A DNA stretch of 64,000 nt from Octopus bimaculoides (lineage: Eukaryota): contig NC_068984.1 of the NCBI RefSeq assembly GCF_001194135.2, positions 104,837,658 to 104,901,657 on the forward strand, read 5' to 3'. The position numbers were made by a program, and so were the translations under genes. Positions 28,731 to 42,271 of this stretch are shown here, piece after piece; position 1 is the stretch's first letter; every line of letters begins with the position of its first letter. The notes below the pieces were generated by a model. The model was not told where the DNA came from, did not search any database, and saw only the letters and a program-made list of their open reading frames with translations.

Positions 28731-29660
28731 GTAATTAATAACAACAACAATAACCACAAGCTTATTGTATACAATGCTCAAGTGCACCACAATTCATTGG
28801 GAAAAGGTAAAGAAAGGGCCAGAAAGCAGAAATAAGTCATGTAAAGAAAAACAGCATTTGATAGTCAAAAGTATATGCACTGTACACAACAAAAATCCCA
28901 TAAGTAGGAAAGGGTACATAGGCACATTAGGAGTAGTGTTGGTGATTTACAAGAAGCATGGAATTTTTGAAGGATGCAATATCCAATCAACTAGCACCCA
29001 ACAATTCTGACTGTGAAAAATATTTCCAAAAGTCATGGATACTGTGCTATTTTTGGATTTAATATGTATGAGTGAGTTTATGGGCCAAAAACATTTTATT
29101 GATGGAAGTTCTTTCTCTAAAGATTTCTCCTGCTGTTCACTTGCCCTGTAGCTAGTTTCCACTTACTTTTCTATTTTACAGTTAAATGCTGTAGTCATAT
29201 GTTTAAGACTTATGCTAAAACTAAAAATAAAAAAATGGTAATGTTTTATTAGTATTTTTCTTTCATTCCATTAGTCAACAGAAATCCATAGATTAACCAT
29301 GTCAGCATAACCTTACAATGGTCTCAGTGACATTTCTAATTACACACAAGTTGGTCAGAAATGGTTTAATAGTAAGCAAGTAATTCATATTGATTAACTA
29401 AATTTCCAAGAAATATTGTCTATGAAGAATTATGATTTTCCTACTTGTTAGCTAGTTCTAACAAGGAGCACATCTAAGGATAGAGTGATAAAAATAATGT
29501 TTGTAATATAGTAAATGATTTCTACAGATTTAGATTACAGTTGATACTGTGTAACATGACAATGTTGATGATGATGATAATGACAACAATGATGAAGACG
29601 ATAACTATGACACTGATGATGATGATGATAATGATGATGACAGCAATGATGATAATGATG

Positions 29661-29786
29661 GAAGAAGAAGAAGAAGAAGAAGAAGAAGAAGAAGAAGAAG
29701 AAGAAGAAGAAGAAGAAGAAGAAGAAGAAGAAGAAGAAGAAGAAGAAGAAGAAGAAGAAGAAGAAGAAGAAGAAGAAGAAGAAGAA
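29661..29786 (+). repeat. Perfect (GAA)42 triplet repeat preceded by degenerate (GAT)n
   Basis: Counted from the sequence. It generates the spurious poly-E, -S, -F and -L ORFs. Confidence 0.95.
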
Positions 29787-29850
29787 AACCATATATAGAA
29801 GAGTGGACTATAGAATAACTTCTGAATGTTTGCAATCGAACATAACTTAC

Positions 29851-29939
29851 CTCGTTTGTTGCAAGCATTCACATCAGCTCCACTTGATATCAATAACTCA
29901 ACAATTTCTGAGAGACCATTTGCACAAGCAACATGAAAG
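29851..29939 (-). CDS. RAI14: Ankyrin-repeat exon (C)FHVACANGLSEIVELLISSGADVNACNKR(G) of the same gene
   Basis: Acceptor cttctcttataatcag (AG at 29941-29940), 89 nt, donor G|GTAAGT at 29850. Canonical ankyrin repeat (H-A--G---IVELLI--GADVN). Frame is compatible with the 45050-45180 exon. Confidence 0.9.
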
Positions 29940-30199
29940 CTGATTATAAGAGAAGAAATAAAATACAGATAAATAGAGGCATAGCTTAACACAAACACTA
30001 GAAAGCTGAAAAAACAAACAAAACATTGCTGGTGAAAATAAATATCAGAACCAACGCACAATAATGTTTGAAATATAATCATTTGTATTCTAATTAAAAA
30101 TTTCTTGTTTTAATATGATATTTTAATGACAAGTGAAGTTGAACTAGGATTAGAAAACCTAAATTTCAATGAGAAAAATGAAAATTAATGCAACAATAT

Positions 30200-30428
30200 T
30201 TAACCCTTTTGTTCTGATATTTCTGTTGAAATACACTTTGTGACTTTTGATTATTTTTGAAAATAATGAGGAATTTAGTAAAATAATTTTGTCATTATTA
30301 AACCAGTGTTTGGAATATAAATTAACATGAAATTTTAATGCAAAATTTTAATTTTGATTACTTTAAGTGAAATGTTTGTACCATAGAATTAAATGTAGTT
30401 TCAGGCAGGTTGATATCAAAAGGGTTAA
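30200..30428 (+). mobile_element. piggyBac-type MITE
   Basis: Perfect 12-bp inverted ends TTAACCCTTTTG...CAAAAGGGTTAA, i.e. TTAA target plus CCCT termini. Confidence 0.8.
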
Positions 30429-30621
30429 TGTTTTTATTTTTTCACTTTTTACAGCAGCCTTTTAAAACAAGTTTTAAAATTTAATATTTCAACATCCATA
30501 TAATGATCAAGTATATTCATGCCAGTTTACAATATGCCAACAGACCTTATTGGTTGTATGGTAATATATGAAACTTCCAGCAATATTCCTTCATAAGAGA
30601 AATAATATATGTATAATTGTA

Positions 30622-31075
30622 GGTACAGGTGTGGCTGTGTAGCTAGGAAGCTGGCTTCCCAACCGTATGGTTTCAGGTTCAATCTCACTGTATAGTACCT
30701 TGAGCAAATGTCTTTCACTATAGCCTGAAGCTGACCAAAGCCTTGTGGGTTGATTTGATAGACAGAAACTGAAAAGAACTTGTTGCATGTGTGTGTATAT
30801 ATATATATATATATGTGTGCATATGTATGTATGTGTGTACCCATGTCTTGATATCACATGATGGCTGTAAAAGAGCATCACTGTTATAGGAGTTATGTTA
30901 TTCATTTCCAGTCTTCCATGAAAAAACGTATGTCTGGTTATAGGAAATATTACCTTGCTTGGAAACAGGTGACAGGAAGGACAACTGGTTCAAGAAAACC
31001 AGCCTCAACAAATTCCATCAGACCCATGTAAGCATGGAAAAGTGGACATTAAAACGATGAAGTGATGATGATGAA
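30622..31075 (+). mobile_element. SINE head B with RTE-like tail Q
   Basis: Head matches 8990; 3' end ccatgtaagcatggaaaagtggacattaaa-(GAT)n matches the RTE terminus. Confidence 0.75.
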
Positions 31076-31387
31076 AATGGTTATGTTAGAAACTACAACC
31101 TTTTTAATTTTTATAACTCCCCTTTAACTTTTGACTGTTTACATTCTGTGTTCAAACCTTGCTGAGGACAACTTTGTCTTTCCTCTTTTCAGGATCGATA
31201 AAATAAAGTACTAGTCGAATACTGGAATTGATGATGTGGGGTTGATTTAGTTCCTCCCCTCAAAAATGTTGGCCATGTGTCAAAATCAGACACCATCAAT
31301 TCTTCCCAGAAAAACCATTTAGAGATATTTTAAATTTCTTGCATATAGGTTTGGAATTATACAACCTTTGGTTCTATCTACAAATAA

Positions 31388-31389
<2 letters not shown>

Positions 31390-31445
<56 letters not shown>

Positions 31446-31750
31446 ACATATGTGCATGTGTCTCTGTGAAGATGTGTGTAGCATGTATGCATATGTGTAC
31501 CTGTGTTTATGCATGTGTACGTGTGTGCAATTCTGTGTAGAGTGACTATATGTACATATATATGTTAGTGTGCATGTATATGTATGTATGTGTATACGGT
31601 TGCACATGAGTATGTGCGCTTATGTGTGTGTACCCATACATGTTTGCATATGTATGTACCTGTGCATGTTTGCATATGTATGTGTATGTGTGAACATGCA
31701 TGCACATTTTTGTATGCAAGTATGTATGTGTGCATGCATGCGTGTGTGTG
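31390..31750. repeat. (TG)n and degenerate (TG/TA/CA) low-complexity tract
   Basis: Read directly. Confidence 0.9.
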
Positions 31751-31954
31751 TCATGTACAGTGTTGGCAGTAGTGGTTTTTCTCATAGTAAAGAGGTTATT
31801 AAGGTGTAAATATCTTACTGAATTCCGTCTGATTGAGAATACATAAATTATGTTTAAACTCAGGTACTTGACTCTATCAAGTTTAAAATTCCAATGTTGA
31901 TGCCTTCTCAAAATCAGTTTTTCAGTTTTATTACCTAAAAATTTTTTGTCATAG

Positions 31955-32272
31955 CCTCAGCTATGGTTGTATGGTAAGAAGTTTCTTCTTAACCACATGG
32001 CTTTGGGTTCAGTCTCATTGCGTGGCACTTTGGGCAAGTGTCTTCTACTATAGCCTCGAGCTGGCCAAAGCTTTGTGAGTGGATTTGGTAGCTGGAAACT
32101 AAAAGAAGACCATTGTATACATGTATATATCGAAATGTGTGTCTTTGTGTATGTATTTATTCCCCACCACTGCTTGACAACTAGTGCTGGTTTATTTACG
32201 TGAATGTAACTTAGCAGTTTGGCAAAAGGACTGACTGAAAAATAAGCACTGGAGTCAATTGACTGAAACAAG
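31955..32272 (+). mobile_element. SINE head B with tail P
   Basis: Collinear with 8990-9390. Confidence 0.8.
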
Positions 32273-32439
32273 TTAAAGATGAAAGATGCACAATTAATAT
32301 TAATTGCTTCAATTTATGAACTTTCCTGATTTTCTTCAGCTCCTTATTGTCAAAGCTATTCTGAGTTATAGACAGAAAACTATAGAATCATAAATAAATT
32401 GGTTTTCATCAGTTTCATTGATGATAATCGAGTTGTTCA

Positions 32440-32650
32440 ATACACTGAACTACCTGTTCATTAAATTAGCAGGTAAGTGGCTGGGTATTCCACAGGTACA
32501 GGCACATGTAACCTCAATGTAACACTCAGGCAAAATGAGTTTAACATAGTGTATGACAAGGCCAGACCTTAATGTAATACTCAGGCAAAATGAGGGTAAC
32601 ACAGTGTATGACAAGGCCAGACATTTAAATCACAGGTACAATCCATTTGA
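32440..32650 (-). mobile_element. Old copy of the tail-X domain with an internal ~55-bp tandem duplication
   Basis: Reverse complement of the tail-X domain; aatgtaacactcaggcaaaatgag...gtatgacaaggccagac occurs twice (32516-32626). Confidence 0.65.
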
Positions 32651-32689
32651 TGGCCTTTCACACAGTTTCAGTCAACCTAATTTCATTCA

Positions 32690-33350
32690 CAAGGTTTGAG
32701 TCGAACTGATTCTATAATACGAGATATTTACCCAAGATACCATGCATCTTGGGTGAATAAGTATAACATCAGTCCAAATTTAGTTGAAGTCATGAGACAA
32801 CTGCACAAGAAAGCAACTAATTGTGTCTACTATAATGGAATGATCAGCAGCTGGTTTCAAACAACAACAGGTGTACATCAAGGGTGTCTGCTCTCACCTG
32901 CTCTCTTCATGGAATGAATCATATTGAATACGCTCGAAGACCATAAAGGCACAAGAAGAACCATTACCAACCTCATGATTTGCTGACAATAAAGATGGCA
33001 AAGCAAGAACTAAAACAGAGCTGGAAAACTTGGTGAAACAGCTATAGAGTACTTCAAAGGTGTACAACTTGGAAATAAGTGCAGAGAAAAACCAGAATTG
33101 TAGCAAACAATTACACAGAATACACCACAAATCACAGTAAGTGGAAAACACTAGAAACTGTCAGCAAGTTCAAATACCTAGGGGTTATCATCACTGATGA
33201 GGATCCAGGTCAGAAATCCTCTCGCAAATTGCACAGGCAATGGCAGCACTCACAAATCTTGAGCTAAACTAGTAAGATAGGAACATTAGGCTCTGCATAA
33301 AAGTCAGAGTAATGTGATCACTTTTGATTTCCATCTCTCTGTCTGCAGGG
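32690..33350 (+). mobile_element. Decayed RTE/BovB-like RT fragment (a different family from the 4406 type)
   Basis: WFQTTTGVHQGCLLSPALF...LEISAEKT...FKYLGVII. Confidence 0.8.
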
Positions 33351-33385
33351 CTTAAACAATAATTTTCCAGTTCATTTTGCACCTT

Positions 33386-34252
33386 TATTTGGCTGGCCAA
33401 TTGAGATTAACAACAACACTAACTCCTGTTATACAACTAAGATGATCACAGATATTCCCCAAATATCCAAATTGGTTGTAGAAAACCATTATGTCAGCAG
33501 GCTTGATGTTTGGATCCCATATTATTAAATGAGGTTTACCTTGCCCAATGGATGCAGAACTGTGAAGAAAATAATCCTTTTTGAAAGAGAAATGTGACAG
33601 GGAATGTCAAATGGATTATCTATAACAATGGAAAGTACAAACGATCATGGGGGAAGCATGGTGAAGCACAATCTCCAAAAGCAGGACTTCACTTACAGAA
33701 CAGCCTCCAAAGCAAGACTTCACCCACAAAAGGTTATAGCTTCAATTTGGTTGAATTAGAAGGGTATTGTCTTTTATTAGCTTCTTTCCATGGACAGCAC
33801 CATCAGTTTGGATATCTACTGTGACCAGCTAGACAAATTAAATACATTAATTCACCAGAAGCATCCAGCACTTGCTAATTGTGAGGATATTGCCTTTCAT
33901 CATGACAATATCAGACCACATACTTCTTTGCAGATGTGGCAGAAGTTACTGGGGCTTAGCCAGGAAGTTTTGTTGCACCCTTTATATCTGTCTGACCTTG
34001 TGCCTTCAGATTTCCACTTGTTTTGGTCTCTTCAAAATTCATTAAATGAACAGACTTTCAACTCTGCAAAAGATGTAAAAATTCACCTGGAAGTATTTTT
34101 CATCAGTAAAGATAGGAAATTCTTTGAGCAGGGAATAATGGATCTGCCCTGAAATGGTAATTATATCATTGATTGAATTAATCACTTTATGTTTAAAACT
34201 TGTTTCAAATTTTTGCTTGAAAAACAAAACAGACTTTTTGGTCAACCCAAAA
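33386..34252 (+). mobile_element. Decayed mariner (DD34D-type) transposon
   Basis: YVSRLDVWIP; TGNVKWIIYNN; FHHDNIRPH...HPLYLSDLVPSDFHLFWSLQNSL. Possible degenerate TIRs tatttggctggccaa (33386) and ttggtcaacccaaaa (34238). Confidence 0.85.
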
Positions 34253-35220
34253 CATCTGTTCCATTATAGTGTTTGTTATAGCAATAAACTTAAAGCCATG
34301 TAATATAGTATATTGATTAGTTCTGGTATTTTCTTTGTTAAAGTAATATACTTATAGTCATATAATATAGAATATTACTTCCAGTATATTCCTAGTTCTT
34401 TATTGACCTCAAAAAAGTACTATCAGAGCTGAGCTCTAAAATCCCAAATACTAAACATTAATTTAAGATATCTTATCTGGTACTTTAAAGATTGTGTTGA
34501 CTCTAGTGTTCTTTGCAGAAATTAACAAGATATTACTGAACATCATATGTTCTAAAAATTGACTCCAGAGATGTATGTGTAGACTTAATCATCTCACACA
34601 ATTTAGCATCTCCTTGCACCAGGCCTATAAGAGTAAATTCAGCAAGTGCATTGGTCCAATCTCCAGGGATCCAAACAGAGGCCCAAAAATCCAACAATAA
34701 GGGCACTGTGAATTTCTGATGAGGGGAGATGGGTGACACCCACTCAAAAAGTGAAGCTAAAAATCAACTTTGTTCTCCTTTGCAAAATTTCTCTTATAGA
34801 CCCTGCCACTCACCTTTAGATTCCATTAAAAGTGTCCACTCTGTTGCAGGCACTAGGGCCAGTACTCTGTTCCCACCACCCACTCATGGAGACTTTTAAA
34901 AGCAAGGTCATCAGCTCTGATGTATAGAATTTTATATGTCTATAGATAATCATGCCTGAGTTTGCATTAAAAATGAACAGCTTATATGTGAAATAATTTA
35001 TGGATGGACAGAAATATTTAAATATTTCTGAAAGTAAACAAGAGCTGTTAGCAACTGATTAAATATTCATTTAACAATAATCAAAACCATTTGACTCAGC
35101 TTAATAGCCAAAGATAATTACAAATTATGTCTTAAATATAGTTTGCATACAGAAAGACAAAAATTAACTTCAAAGACTGAATTCAACAAATGTTCCTGCT
35201 TTCCTCTTATTTACTGACTC

Positions 35221-35264
35221 CTCCACCACCACCACCACCACCACCACCACCACCACCACCACCA
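35221..35264. repeat. (CCA)n microsatellite at a gap edge
   Basis: Read directly. Confidence 0.9.
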
Positions 35265-36045
35265 TANNNNNNNNNNNNNNNNNNNNNNNNNNNNNNNNNN
35301 NNNNNNNNNNNNNNNNNNNNNNNNNNNNNNNNNNNNNNNNNNNNNNNNNNNNNNNNNNNNNNNNNNNNNNNNNNNNNNNNNNNNNNNNNNNNNNNNNNNN
35401 NNNNNNNNNNNNNNNNNNNNNNNNNNNNNNNNNNNNNNNNNNNNNNNNNNNNNNNNNNNNNNNNNNNNNNNNNNNNNNNNNNNNNNNNNNNNNNNNNNNN
35501 NNNNNNNNNNNNNNNNNNNNNNNNNNNNNNNNNNNNNNNNNNNNNNNNNNNNNNNNNNNNNNNNNNNNNNNNNNNNNNNNNNNNNNNNNNNNNNNNNNNN
35601 NNNNNNNNNNNNNNNNNNNNNNNNNNNNNNNNNNNNNNNNNNNNNNNNNNNNNNNNNNNNNNNNNNNNNNNNNNNNNNNNNNNNNNNNNNNNNNNNNNNN
35701 NNNNNNNNNNNNNNNNNNNNNNNNNNNNNNNNNNNNNNNNNNNNNNNNNNNNNNNNNNNNNNNNNNNNNNNNNNNNNNNNNNNNNNNNNNNNNNNNNNNN
35801 NNNNNNNNNNNNNNNNNNNNNNNNNNNNNNNNNNNNNNNNNNNNNNNNNNNNNNNNNNNNNNNNNNNNNNNNNNNNNNNNNNNNNNNNNNNNNNNNNNNN
35901 NNNNNNNNNNNNNNNNNNNNNNNNNNNNNNNNNNNNNNNNNNNNNNNNNNNNNNNNNNNNNNNNNNNNNNNNNNNNNNNNNNNNNNNNNNNNNNNNNNNN
36001 NNNNNNNNNNNNNNNNNNNNNNNNNNNNNNNNNNNNNNNNNNNNN

Positions 36046-36425
36046 GGAGGTGCAATGGCCCAGTGGTTAGGGCAGTGGACTCGTGGTCATAGGATTGCGG
36101 TTTCAATTCCCAGACCGGGCGTTGTGAGTGTTTATTGAGCGAAAACACCTAAAGCTCCACGAGATTCCGGCAGGGGATGGTGGCAAACCCTGCTGTACTC
36201 TTTCACCACAACTTTCTCTCACTCTTACTTCCTGTTTCTGTTGTGCCTGTAATTCAAAGGGTCAGCCTTGTCACACTGTGTCACACTGAATATCCCCGAG
36301 AACTGCGTTAAGGGTACACGTGTCTGGAGTGCTCAGCCACTTGCACGTTAATTTCACGAGCAGGCTGTTCCGTTGATCGGATCCACTGGAACCCTTGATG
36401 TCGTAAGCAACAGAGTGCCAACAAC
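36046..36425 (+). mobile_element. SINE head A with tail X, full length
   Basis: Collinear with 11690-12049; ends gtgccaacaaca. Confidence 0.9.
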
Positions 36426-39083
36426 ATATGTTCTGTATGCTGTAACTGGCTGTAGTTAAGCATGGGTGGTAAGCTCTGTGAACACCTACAGCAAAAGGTA
36501 TCTATCATTGCTTTATCTGTTCAAAAGTGTGTAGGCTCTAAGCAGGACAGAAAGGTCAAATCCATGTTGCTTATGTTTAAGAGAAGAATCAAGTGATGAC
36601 ATTGCTTTAATACTACCACTATGAATACAACGATGACGATGATGATGACAACAATGAAGATGATGATGACAACACTGTCATCATTGTCAGCAGCAGAAGA
36701 CTGCACTGAACACAGACCATATTTTAAGTGTTACTTGACATAGATTAGAAATATTAATTTTCAGTTAAGTTAATTAATTATCAAGATATTGATAACTAAC
36801 AACATTTAGATTTTTATCAAATGCCTGATTAAAATGAATAAGTATCTAACTTTATGAAAGAATATCATGGAGTTTGGCAGAGAAAACATGGAGAAGAGCA
36901 ACTAGGTCCTTTTAGTATCGGAGACATTTTCAGTAATTCAAAATATATCTGAAGAAATGATATCTTTAACAGATTACTATAAAAGTAAATTTAAATATCA
37001 GTGAAGTTTGCTTTTTTCTTTTTGTCAACCATGATTATATAATCCTGTTTATATAAAGCTTTGAATATAAGTTGGTATTTTCTTTGAAAACAGAACAGAA
37101 TATCTTAGGAAAATAGGATTATTCAACAAATAGATTTAACCAAAGTTTACCATTTGTAATACTTTGCTTGAGATAGCAATATCTAACATCTCTACAAGTC
37201 CAGTTCTCAGTCTAATAGCATATTTCCTGTTAAAATTTTCACTCTTTACTGTTCTCTCTCTCTCTCTTTCTCAGACACACACACACATACATGTGCACAC
37301 ACCCACATGCACAAATATACTGACACAAAATTCTTCCATTATCTGCTATGTATGTTATTTACACATTTATAATATGTGTGTGGTATTATTGTTGGGGTTT
37401 TGTGAAAATATGGTTTTCTAATTTACTAGTGTGAATTTGGCAAAACGAGGGGGGTCTTAATGATGATAACATGGACATATTATCAGTTTGTATAAATAGT
37501 TGTCCACTGGGGCTTCTTAAGGGAAGCAAACAAATGCAAGTATTTAGCCATTAAAAAAAATTTAGTAGGATAGGCATCACCATTTTCTATTAAACCAAGT
37601 GATAGTTCTATATTCCATGGCTGATGATACATTAATAAATTTAGTAAGTTTAGCAAGAGTGAAAATGATGCAACAGCATATAGATGCTGAATAATTAATA
37701 ATTTATTTTGGAAATGTATATTTAGGTATTTACATAATATTTTATAGGTTTGTTGTCTAATCATTTACACATCACCTTAGCTATTTAACTTAAAACAAAC
37801 AGTAATATATTAATAGGTAAAGTTAAAACAAGAGTGATCCCTCATTTTGATGCAACAAAAGTTGTGATATCTGCATTAAAACATTATATTTATTTTTGCA
37901 TAAATGTTTTGAATAAAACCATAAAAATGGTATCAAAAGAGATGCACAAATTCAACTTCAGCATTAACCCTACTTTAAAACTTGTGCCTTACTGTAATAC
38001 AAAGTTGTCCATTTAATGAGGTTAATTTAAGAGTCAGATTTGTTTGAAGAAGGTTGACAGTCATTTCTTATTTCCTATACAAAATTCAGTTTTCCATCTT
38101 AACTCTTCAATAACAACCCTCATCTCATCTTTTCTATAACCCTACCACACACCATCACACTCTCTCTATTCATCAGCAACCACTAAGTCATATTTCTTCT
38201 CTTAGTTTTCCTCCCCCACCATTTCATTCTTAGCATATGTTCATTCATGGGTATCAGTTTCCTCCTTTGCCAACAGCATTAAATACATTTAACTTCTGTC
38301 TCTCAACTCACTGACTTTACATTATTATGTTCAGTGAATCATATACAGCTCATATCTCACAAGAACCTTTTACTCATGTTCTTTCCTTCTTCATGATTTA
38401 TTGCTGTCATGTATAAGGTTTGCATGATTCCTAATAATAAATCCAATTGTTACATGCAGTTGTAAGTAAATAACAACACAAACCCCATGGATTTTGTTTC
38501 ATGAACAAATGATAAAGCATTTGAACACGACTTAAAGGCATGAAGCTAAATGTTGTCAGTGTAGCATATCAAATATATAACTGACCTTTAAAACATTGAC
38601 TTTTTTCTCATATTAGGACAAAGCTATAAATTTACAGAAGGTGATTAAATTATATCATAGATTAAATTGCTCTCGGTATACGGCTAGTACTTTATCAAGT
38701 AGGATTTGAACTCAGAATGTAGAGATAAAGGGGTTCATTTAGTCTGGTGCTCTTCTACTATGTATTTAGTCTGTGGACCTTCAGTTTCTTCAACTCCACA
38801 GTTTCTAATTTTGCTTTGAGGTACTAAAAACTATAAGGCATTTAGCCTAAGTTGTTGCTGTTGTTATTGGTGGTGGTGGTAATAGTAATAATAGTAGTAG
38901 TAGTAGAGGCCAAGGGAATTTATAACACGGAGTACAACATTAGCTAACATGTGAGAGTGATAAAGACTGGCAACAAATCTGGAGGTCTTGCCTAGATGCA
39001 CTGAGGTGTGTTAAACAACTTATACATAGGGGAACAAAAAAACGGTAACTGAAGAATGTCTTACAAGCAGATCTCTCTCTCTT

Positions 39084-39121
<38 letters not shown>

Positions 39122-40481
39122 TCTCTCTCTCTCAAATATATACATTATCACGCATGTGTAAATACTTTAAACTGTTAGCATGTTGTTAAAGGTTAGAAAC
39201 AATGTGAAAAGTAGACAAAGTTGAGCAATAAATTATAAAGGAAATATATATNNNNNNNNNNNNNNNNNNNNNNNNNNNNNNNNNNNNNNNNNNNNNNNNN
39301 NNNNNNNNNNNNNNNNNNNNNNNNNNNNNNNNNNNNNNNNNNNNNNNNNNNNNNNNNNNNNNNNNNNNNNNNNNNNNNNNNNNNNNNNNNNNNNNNNNNN
39401 NNNNNNNNNNNNNNNNNNNNNNNNNNNNNNNNNNNNNNNNNNNNNNNNNNNNNNNNNNNNNNNNNNNNNNNNNNNNNNNNNNNNNNNNNNNNNNNNNNNN
39501 NNNNNNNNNNNNNNNNNNNNNNNNNNNNNNNNNNNNNNNNNNNNNNNNNNNNNNNNNNNNNNNNNNNNNNNNNNNNNNNNNNNNNNNNNNNNNNNNNNNN
39601 NNNNNNNNNNNNNNNNNNNNNNNNNNNNNNNNNNNNNNNNNNNNNNNNNNNNNNNNNNNNNNNNNNNNNNNNNNNNNNNNNNNNNNNNNNNNNNNNNNNN
39701 NNNNNNNNNNNNNNNNNNNNNNNNNNNNNNNNNNNNNNNNNNNNNNNNNNNNNNNNNNNNNNNNNNNNNNNNNNNNNNNNNNNNNNNNNNNNNNNNNNNN
39801 NNNNNNNNNNNNNNNNNNNNNNNNNNNNNNNNNNNNNNNNNNNNNNNNNNNGTGTGTGTGTGTGTGTGTGCGTGCGTGCGTGTTCGCTTCTTATGCAAAA
39901 ACGGCTACACGAATTGCTTCCATACTTGGGATGCATGAATTATTTGACCTTGGATACATAATAGGGTCTTCAGTTTATTTTTTTATTAAAAATAAATAAT
40001 ATTACTTTCTATATATGATTCACATCTTTAAAAAGGTTTTTCAATGTCAACTTCTGGTATTGACGTAACAATGGCAAAAATTTCCGTTTTCATTTGCAAA
40101 ATCTCTCACTCTCTATTTTTATGTTTTCATTTCAAGTTTTAACTTGCTATTTGCAAAAAAACTACGATAAATTACTGAAAGAAATATTTACTAAGTTCAC
40201 ACATTTAAATATTTGGTACAAGATAGTTTTCAATAAGCTTTTATTTATATGATTTTTTCATTTCATGCTTATTTCATTCATTGGTTTCAATGTTCTCTCT
40301 CCCTCTCTCTCTCTCACACACATTCATGTGTGTTTTTGCATGTACGCTTGTATACATTTATGTATGGGTGTGTGTTTGCGAGAGAGAGAGAGCGAGTCAG
40401 TCAAGGAGTGTGTTGTCATGTATACAATACATACATACATAAATACATATGCATACACCTTTTTGTGTGTATGTGTGTGAC

Positions 40482-40521
<40 letters not shown>

Positions 40522-40565
40522 NNNNNNNNNNNNNNNNNNNNNNNNNNNNNNNNNNNNNNNNNNNN

Positions 40566-40610
<45 letters not shown>

Positions 40611-40929
40611 TGATGCTTAAGTGGTAGTCACTCTCTCTTTCACACACAGAAACACACACACGCATACATACCAAAAAGATGTATGCATATTTATTTATGC
40701 ATGTACATATGCAACAACATACTCTCACTCTCTCTCTCTCTCTCTCTCACGGTGTCCATTTCATCTGATGTTTGATACTGCATGTGGTGTGTATGTGTGT
40801 GCATGTGTGTGTGCACGTGCCTGCACATGTGCATGGGGCATTCCACAATCGCCATTTATTTCAATCACTCATGTAACTCATTCTTTCATTTAATCCCCAT
40901 TTTAATTTTCAAAAAAGTTTCCAAGAAAA

Positions 40930-42058
40930 ATGTTCTCACTCTCAACAAGAGGAGTCGGGATAGATGAAGATGCAGATGATCAGTATTCTACAGCAAAGCA
41001 AAGATGAGTACAGGTAGCCAGAGTGAATGTTGAATTCTGCAACTCTATTAAGTATGTTTGCAAATATATAAACAAAGGTTTAGATGCTGCAACATACACA
41101 CTTATGCAGAATGGCAGTCAACAGATAAATAAAAATGACGAAGATGCACAGTATGACAGAGGAAGATACATCAGTACCAATGAGGCTTTTTGGCGCATCT
41201 TCAATTTTTCCATTCATGAGAGACACCCAGCTATCATTCATCTGAGTGTCCATCTAGAGAATGGCCAAGAGTTAACTTTACAAAACAAACAGCCTTGAAA
41301 CAAGCACTTTCTCCAAAAGAAACTACCTTTATTGCCTTTTTTTAAGTTGTGTCAAGTAGATGAAGAAGCAAGAAAACTCTTTTACCCACAATTACCCAAG
41401 TATTACACCTGGAGAAACAATAAATGGCACAAGAGGAAATGTGGGGCTGACGCTCTTGCAAGAGTTTACAGTGTCCCCCCAAGTCAAGCAGAATGCTACT
41501 ACTTACAACTCCTTTTGCATGAAGTACATGGTCCCAAATCATTCCAAAGTTCAAGGAGGGTAAATGATCATGTGTGTGAAACTTATAGAGAAGTATGCTA
41601 GCAACAAAGTTTTTTAGAAAATGATGAGCATTGGGACCTTGAATTGATTGAAGCATCAGTATCGGATTTTCCAAGGAAGTTCTGTAACCTTTTTGTAATT
41701 ATACTGAACATGTGTCAACTTGGCAGTCCCCAACAGCTTTGGCTGAAACATCATGAGGACAAGGCTGAGGACTTAAAGTATGCAGTTCAACAGGCAAACC
41801 CAGGTATCAATATTCAGTTCCCTGAAATGATTTTTAACAAGCACTGATTGAAATTGAGGATCAAGTTTTGGCCATGGAAGGCAAAAATTTACAAGAGTCT
41901 GGCTCTGGACTGCCAAAAGCAAACTGTCAAATTAGTGATTTAACTTAAAGAGACATAGCAAGAGAGACAAATTATAACATCACAGACTTGGCTGCATTTG
42001 TGAATGACTATGAACCTAAACTTCTTCTAGAACAACACTGCATATGATAATTTCTTTC

Positions 42059-42091
<33 letters not shown>

Positions 42092-42271
42092 GAATTCAGA
42101 ATTGATTTCCCAATTGAAGAATATATAGTATCCCAATTCAAGAATAAACTGAATTTAGAATAACAAATTTCTATAAAACATATTTTGCTTTTTTCTTCCA
42201 ATACACAAGGTACTTCATTCCAATATATAAAGTACAATTTCATTCCGGGCAATGCCAGGTGCCTCCGCAAG
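40930..42271 (+). mobile_element. Decayed Helitron fragment (Rep-helicase linker region) with a 3' terminus
   Basis: NVEFCNSIKYVCKYINKG...GRYISTNEAFWRIFNFSIHERHPAIIHLSVHLENGQ; ARVYSVPPSQAECYYLQLLLHEVHGPKSF. 3' hairpin-like ccgggcaatgccagg, then CAAG|T at 42268-42272. Confidence 0.85.

Noticed and set aside
29167-29220. 54-nt AG..GTAAGT segment on the minus strand
   Set aside because: Stop codon in the frame required after the 29851 exon.
34716-34755. CTGATGAGGGG...CCCCACTCAAAA
   Set aside because: No GAAA, stem III or stem I.
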